DNA of 54,539 nt, counting the filler, from Phoronis australis (lineage: Eukaryota; Animalia; Phoronida), in NCBI GenBank assembly GCA_002633005.1. It is 5 parts of 5 records of this genome, joined end to end, with 100 filler letters (N's around TTAATTAATTAA, not from the genome) between each part and the next. Parts side by side here need not be neighbours in the genome. Positions count along the whole stretch, not along the records: positions 40,418 to 54,539 come from NMRA01000008.1; 4 more parts are not named here. One strand, 5' to 3'. Below the pieces are notes generated by a model. That model was not told the DNA's origin and did not search any database. It was given only the letters and a program-made list of their open reading frames with translations. Shown piece by piece: positions 48,665 to 54,539 of this stretch (its first letter is position 1; each line of letters opens with the position of its first letter). The translations under genes were made by a program, and so were the position numbers.

Positions 48665-51600
48665 GGCGGCCATTTTTCAAAATGGCCGCCATTTGATGCT
48701 TGTGAGTAATGCTTTTCCTCATAAATCTGTCTCTGCCCAACCGATTTTCATGAACTTGTTGTCAAATTGTATGTTTTTGGATATGCTGAATTCATTTTTG
48801 ATATTTTCAGAAGCCTTTTAACACCATGTGGGCAACTACTGATAAAATAAACAAAAAATTACAACATCAAAGTGCATTTTATTAACACGAGAAACGGAAC
48901 TGTGCTCTCGAACATCAAATACAAAATAAATGGACGGAATCATAAATCACAAACATAGTCGAACATGATCATCACATTAATGCTAAAATATGTTGTTCAG
49001 AATCTATTGTCTATTATAAATTCCTTTACACAACGACGTTACTGGTCACATACACAGCTACACAGAGCGTTACAAGAAAGTCCTGCTCGGAAACATTTGC
49101 ACCTCCGAGTGCAGCCTCAGCATGCAGTTATTGGTAAAAGGGTTGTCCAGTGTATTTTCCATGACTCATCACATTGAATCCAACCCCAGTCAGCAGTAGT
49201 GCTGGTTTGTGGGTTCGAGACAGTCGCCTGGCTCCAGATGATCCCACTTTGGTAGGCAGCACGGCATCTCCAGTTGGTGGGATCGCATCATAAGTCCTCT
49301 GCTTGCAGGCAAAGAGATCCAACCTTGCCTTGTTGACCCCACTATCTGAACTGGATCTGTCATACATTAGGACAACGAAGTTCTCCAGATTCTGCAGATC
49401 ATCGTCTGAAATTTCTCTCGCACAGTAGCTGAGTTTCTTGAAGGTTTCAGTAACGTCATCACACACATCTTATGTCAGCCTTGCAGATGTTTTCTTTTGC
49501 CACGAAAACCTGAAACCAAATCACAGCCTGTGAAAGCATGGAAGAAAAGGATACCACTGACTTTCTCCAGAAAGAAGAAACTACCTCGTGAACGGGAATC
49601 CACTGAGCACTGGCTCCTTGTCCATAGGCTATCCACAAGTGTTCTACCTCACGGTGCTGTAAGAATGGCATGGTCTACACTGCTATGACGACAACATCAG
49701 TGTAGTTTGCTTTGATGATAGTGGACTTGCTACCTTGTGAGGTCGCGTACCTTGTATGTACAAACACTCTGGTGTCAGCTTCCTTAAGGGAGCATGGGGC
49801 CACGACATCCAGGGACCTCACTCTGTTGCTGATGACATTATCCTCCATTGTCACGATGATGGTGCTCGTTGTCTATATGTCACGCATTTTCTCTGCGAGG
49901 AAATTAAATAGTTCAGTCTTATTGCTATCATCTCACAGAAAGCTTCTCCAGTTTTGAGGCGCCTTGGTTCTTCCTGTTACTCTTCTCCTGATCCCAAGTC
50001 CTCTTTTGGTTCTGGTTTCAGACTTCAGGCTCAGCTTCCTGTAGACATCAAATACAATGTCCACTCGTTCGTATTTGGCAGCATAGCACTTCAACTTTGG
50101 CAGAAAATCTTCTTTGGCATAGTCATCAAATGACTTTGAGCTCCGCGGAGGTATGACATTAATCAGAGCTGAGCCATCAATGATGATGGTATCTCCTTCT
50201 GGTTCGCTTTCTGGTAGAGTGACTCCGGATTCAGGAATGTCTGTCAGCTGTGACTTTTGGGATGCATGGAACTTGCCATTGTCACTGAGTGAAGCCGGAG
50301 CTGCTTGGTTCTCATGAGCAAAGAACTCCTGTAAATCACACTGTCTAACCTGGCAGAAGATGAATAGTCTGGAGAACAGATGACAATCTTCTTTCATAAC
50401 CTTTTCCTTGGAACTACAGGCAACCTTCTCATAATTAAAGAAGGCAACCTTGTTGTTCTTTATTAGGCGGAAGAATGCCCTTGTATCTTGACTCTTCAGG
50501 CCTTCTACAAATAACTTGAATTGTTCTATATCCAGAACCAGATTCCAAAACTGGAATTGTGGGCTCGTACTCCTCTGCCTCTCACGCCAGTCTTCAAATG
50601 CCATAGGAGTATTGCCTAACACCTCACACTCGGAGCAGTGGTCACCCTGAACTTCCTTCATCAATCTGTACAAGCTGCATGCAGTGATTTGGTGGGCAAG
50701 TCTTGTCCTGGTTACACTTGACACTGTCAGGAATGACTCTGCTGTACAAGATGATGTCACACTTGCTTCAGCAATAGCACTAGTCCAGCCACTGTCTTTT
50801 AGGAGGATCCCTAATGATCTCAGTGCAGCCATCTCAATGTGAAGTCGCCCGAACATGATGACGAACTTGTACTCTCCATACTCCTCTTGACACTGCCACT
50901 GGATATGCTTAGCAAGAGCAAACAGTGGATGGTCAACAGCTATAACTGGGGTTTTTCCTGGGTTCAGGAAAGCCACTGTGTTTTGAATCTTATGCATGCA
51001 GTGCTTGATTGTGGCAACCGAGTTGGCCTGGTGAAGAATTATAGGCATTACTGAGGTAAGACTCACTTCGAATGACTGGCTGATGTTCTGTGCAGCATGA
51101 TGGGTTGCCTGTGACACATTTACCCCGTCTCCAATGGTCTCGGTTAGTGATATCTTTTCCAACCACATGTAATCTTCCTTCATGTGTGACTTGATTGACT
51201 AGGGTGCTGGGTAAATATGACTTGTAATTGTAGGAGGATTGGGATTCTTTGGGATGCAAGCTGGTCGAACGTTGTGAAATCCTCAGAAAGCTCTGGGACT
51301 GGCTTGACCTTGACATCTGGATTGAGTTTCAGTGCTTCACGTTCTTCACCAGGGTATTCAGAACTTGGGTGCTGAAAGAGGGACATACTGGTACCATGGA
51401 AGGAAGATTGAGCTGTAGTTGCAGTCGGGTTGTGGTCAATGTTGTCCACCGCAGAAGTCGTGAACACATGCTTTTGCAGGACTGGTGGGCGGACGACTCC
51501 ATCTTCAACGTACTGTGCCACAACAGCCTCTCCAAGGTGGGCTGAGATTTCACGGACCCTATCATAGGAAACGCTGATTCTGTTCTCATGGAGCATCTCA

Positions 51601-52176
51601 ATCAGTTGCCTCTTCCTTGTTTTGGCAAAGACAGACAAACCAACATACACGGCAAAGGGGGTCTCCGGGTCCTTAGCATGCCTGTTAAATTGTGATCCAG
51701 GGGATATGGCTGACTGCTGAAACAAAAGTACTACCCGGCTCCACCACTAAACCCGTACACCCCATGCATAATATATAATCAGCTATTGATACAAGACAAA
51801 TGCAGCATGACCAAAGCATTCGCTCAGACAAAAATCATATAAATTGACCGAATTAAAGTGTATAATTGTCTATATCCTGATAACATATGTAATTGAGAGT
51901 GTTCACAGCGTCCAAAATGAATTAGGCCTACCCAAAACTATAACATTTGACCCCCAGATCGCTAAAATCGGTTGGGTAGATACTGATTTACAAGGACAAT
52001 CATTATCACGAACACTGAACGGCGGCCATCTTGAAAAATGGCCACCATCTTGGATTTTCAGGTGGCTAGTCGGACAGATCTCTTAAGTATGCTATTATGA
52101 GTCATCATGGAAAATTTGGTGCTTGTATCATCATTTGCACAATTCTGGTGCATATTTGCACTTATCTGCCCAGCTA
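48665..52176 (-). mobile_element. Academ-superfamily DNA transposon (XPG-nuclease type), internally deleted and frameshifted
   Basis: 5' end TAGCTGGGCAGATAAGTG at 52176 and long imperfect TIRs (48665-48810 versus ~51910-52050). Protein remnants in order: AVDNIDHNP..SSFHGT, PVIAVDHPLFALAK, MFGRLHIEMA, FFAHEN, IIDGSAL, RVDIVFDVY, EADTR, FHAFTGCD, C-terminal Cys cluster. Confidence 0.85.
49040..51725 (-). pseudogene. Disrupted Academ transposase/nuclease ORF
   Basis: ORF-track pieces 51180-51725, 49933-51183 and 49128-49466 are consecutive frameshifted parts of one protein. Confidence 0.85.
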
Positions 52177-52199
52177 TTAATCTCAAGATAGGAGTTAAA

Positions 52200-52285
52200 T
52201 CGTGGTGGTGTAGTGATAAAGCACACGTCCTCTATCCTCTAAGTCGTGAGTTCGAGTCCTTTGAAGTTTTTCCTGTTGAACACGT
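52200..52285 (+). repeat. tRNA-derived SINE head or tRNA pseudogene fragment
   Basis: A-box-like TGGTGTAGTGATAAAGC and B-box GAGTTCGAGTCC at tRNA-like spacing, followed by T-runs. No intact acceptor stem. Confidence 0.5.
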
Positions 52286-52328
52286 TCTCCTTTTTTTTCT
52301 TGGATAATACTTCAGGAATCTAGGAAAA

Positions 52329-52500
52329 TGCTTGATTTTTAGAGGCAAAAAACAGAAAAAATTTCCTGGGCGGGACGGGGGCAAACCCCCCTTACCGACC
52401 TCCCCCCATTCGGTGCTATGCGCATCTATATCGTGGTTTGCGCAAATGGCTTACAGCCAAAATGTTGCCCCCACCTTATGATATCCTAGATCCGCCACTG
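52329..52500 (-). repeat. Family C-related element, inverted copy of 54361-54539
   Basis: TGCTTGATTTTTAGAGG...GATATCCTAGATCCGCCACTG is the reverse complement of the window end. Confidence 0.8.
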
Positions 52501-53384
52501 CGAATAGAGGGATGCAACCGAGAAAAACTTGTGAAGAATCAGACAACAACAAATAATATGTGAAACTCCAGTGGCTCGAAAACGAGGCAGCAAATGTGCC
52601 TGACGAATGTTTACGGCATTTTGGGTAAATACAGCGAGATTCGAGTGTCACTGTGTAATCCGGGACGGCCCTATTGTCATGGATCTCAAGTATATAGTAC
52701 TAACTGTATGTTTTTAATTCTACTAGTTATGTGTGCTTTGACCGTACAGTTAATAGCAGAAAGTGATCGAGAAACAATCCTTATAATAAACTTCAGAACG
52801 TGCATTATACTCAAGTAAATAACCCCGGCATAAATCCTGAAGGTTACTGGAGTGATAAGCCTACACTGACTTATTCAGTTCTGACAGTGGCGTTATTTTG
52901 AACTCGGGAGACGATTTGTGTGCGATAAAATATTGCCCTTCGTTATCCGTAGGATTCAAAAATGATTGCAGGTGATACTCAAACATTAAAGTAAGGCCGT
53001 AAGTTATTTTTAGAAATGCCATTGCTTGCAAGAACGCTTGTTAGCTGTCCCGCCGGTTTTCAGATGTAGCGCAGCTTAGAAAACTCTAAAAAAAGTTACC
53101 CAGCTACTTTGAAATTTGAACACACATCTTAGCCGAGTACAGAGATTTTATCGCTTACTTCTCTCCGAGCCAGTTCTAAACGTCGCCTTGTCTTTTAAGC
53201 TGGCATTTTCCTCTGCAATAATTTTACGTTTCAAACACTCACTGATGCCTTGCTACGCGAGGCTACATAATTTTATATGCACCTCCTCGTGATGGTCACG
53301 TGACACAACAACTCATTTCTCTGACTCCGACAAGTGTGCAAAAAAAGCCCATTAATTGGTCCAGTTTCATAAAGTTTACCTAAG

Positions 53385-53515
53385 CAGTGACGGATTTAGG
53401 GGACAAGGGGGCCATGCCCCCCCCTAAAATTCTCCCAGATTCCATTTGGCAGCTCGGGGGTGCGAATGTCTGCCCTGCCCCCCCTCCCTAACTCAAAATC
53501 CTGGATCCGCCCCTG
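53385..53515. mobile_element. Family C MITE
   Basis: CAGTGACGGATTTAGG...CTGGATCCGCCCCTG, colinear with 48316-48468. Confidence 0.75.
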
Positions 53516-54360
53516 CATTCTCCTACAACATTAGTCGTCATTTGATCTTAATGTTCTATAATTGCTCTATGTTGAAGTACAATGGGCCCGACCTATGCGG
53601 CCTGTGCACGTCCATTGATATTCAAGCATCGCGTCACCTGCAATCTTTTTTATGTTGAAGCTGAAAGTTTGAGTTAGAGCTCGAGTTTTGGCTCAAATTT
53701 TAGGGATCATCAATGTGTAACCATAGAAACTGAACTTCCGGTAAGTTAGTGAAATTTAAGGCAAAACTTAATTAAAAATTTAAATCAAATTTAAGATCTC
53801 TATTTGAAACGGAGTTGAGGCCAGGTTTTTTTTATCTTAAAATTGACTGAAATTTAAGATTTGTCTTAGCTAAGTTAGTTTTCTTGGAACGGGCCCCTAG
53901 TCTAGGAACTCATCTTTGTAATCCATAAGGTGCTTGAGCAAACAACTACAGACACTTTGCTTGAGTTCATAGTAATGTAGAAAAGAACATGTCAAATGCA
54001 ATTTGGTGATGGAATTCGCGTTCGGAGATTAAATACCAGTTCCAGGGCCAGGATTTAAATCTTTGTACTCGAAACTGAACACGAAATTATTGACGACATT
54101 TTCCGTTCTATTGTAAAACGAACTAAAATTAGCCGGAATCCATTTGTGTATACTCGTGTAGGCCTACATTACGGTTTATGTATGAATGTCTATTCCAAGC
54201 TCGCACTTGATGACCTGTTGATTTAAGCTACAAACTCGCCTTAAAGTCAAGATTTCGAGTAAAAACTCGAAATTTTGAGCTCGGACTTGAACTTGTACAT
54301 GCTTTGGTTGTTAAGATCTAAGGAGGATTAGACAGTCATCCACATAAACCATAATGCACT

Positions 54361-54539
54361 CAGTGGCGGATCTAGGATATCACAAGGGGGGGCCCAACAT
54401 TTTGTCCGGCTGGAAGCATTTGCGCAAAGTGACCCACGATTGTAGATGCGCATAGCACCGAATGGGGGGAGGTCGGGAGGGGGGTTTGCCCCCTTCCCGC
54501 CCAGGAAATTTTTCTGTTTTTACCTCTAAAAATCAAGCA
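54361..54539 (+). repeat. Family C-related element, cut by the window end
   Basis: Begins CAGTGGCGGATCTAGGATATC; inverted match to 52329-52500. Confidence 0.75.

Noticed and set aside
52200-52285. Functional tRNA gene
   Set aside because: A and B boxes are present but no pairing acceptor stem can be drawn, so it is treated as a SINE or pseudogene fragment.

Overview
Repeat-rich, intron-containing genomic DNA from a metazoan, probably a marine invertebrate; the species cannot be fixed from the sequence. It is not a prokaryotic locus, and most entries in the ORF track are noise. Five contigs (1-12703, 12804-26880, 26981-32864, 32965-40317, 40418-54539) are joined by artificial 100-nt spacers (N44-TTAATTAATTAA-N44), so adjacency across spacers is unproven. 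Reading splice sites by hand gives five host genes or gene parts. (1) A complete two-exon secreted CS-alpha/beta defensin or short-toxin-like peptide gene (minus strand, 4642-4561 + 1814-1702). (2) Two phase-1 exons, absent from the ORF track, each encoding a 4-Cys fibronectin-type-I-like module (21392-21559, 22545-22702). (3) The 3' end of a PAN/apple-domain gene (27092-27876). (4) Four internal exons of CDK5RAP3/C53 (34606-38991) with IDFG/IDYG variants of the shuffled ATG8/UFM1-binding motifs. (5) The first coding exon of a class A peptide GPCR (46868-46535). The rest is transposon-derived: an internally deleted Academ transposon, nested non-autonomous TIR elements, a PIF/Harbinger MITE, LINE 3' ends, THAP relics and a ~40-bp satellite. 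I found no CRISPR array and no multi-gene system. The best novelty candidates are the defensin/toxin-like peptide and the FN1-like module gene.
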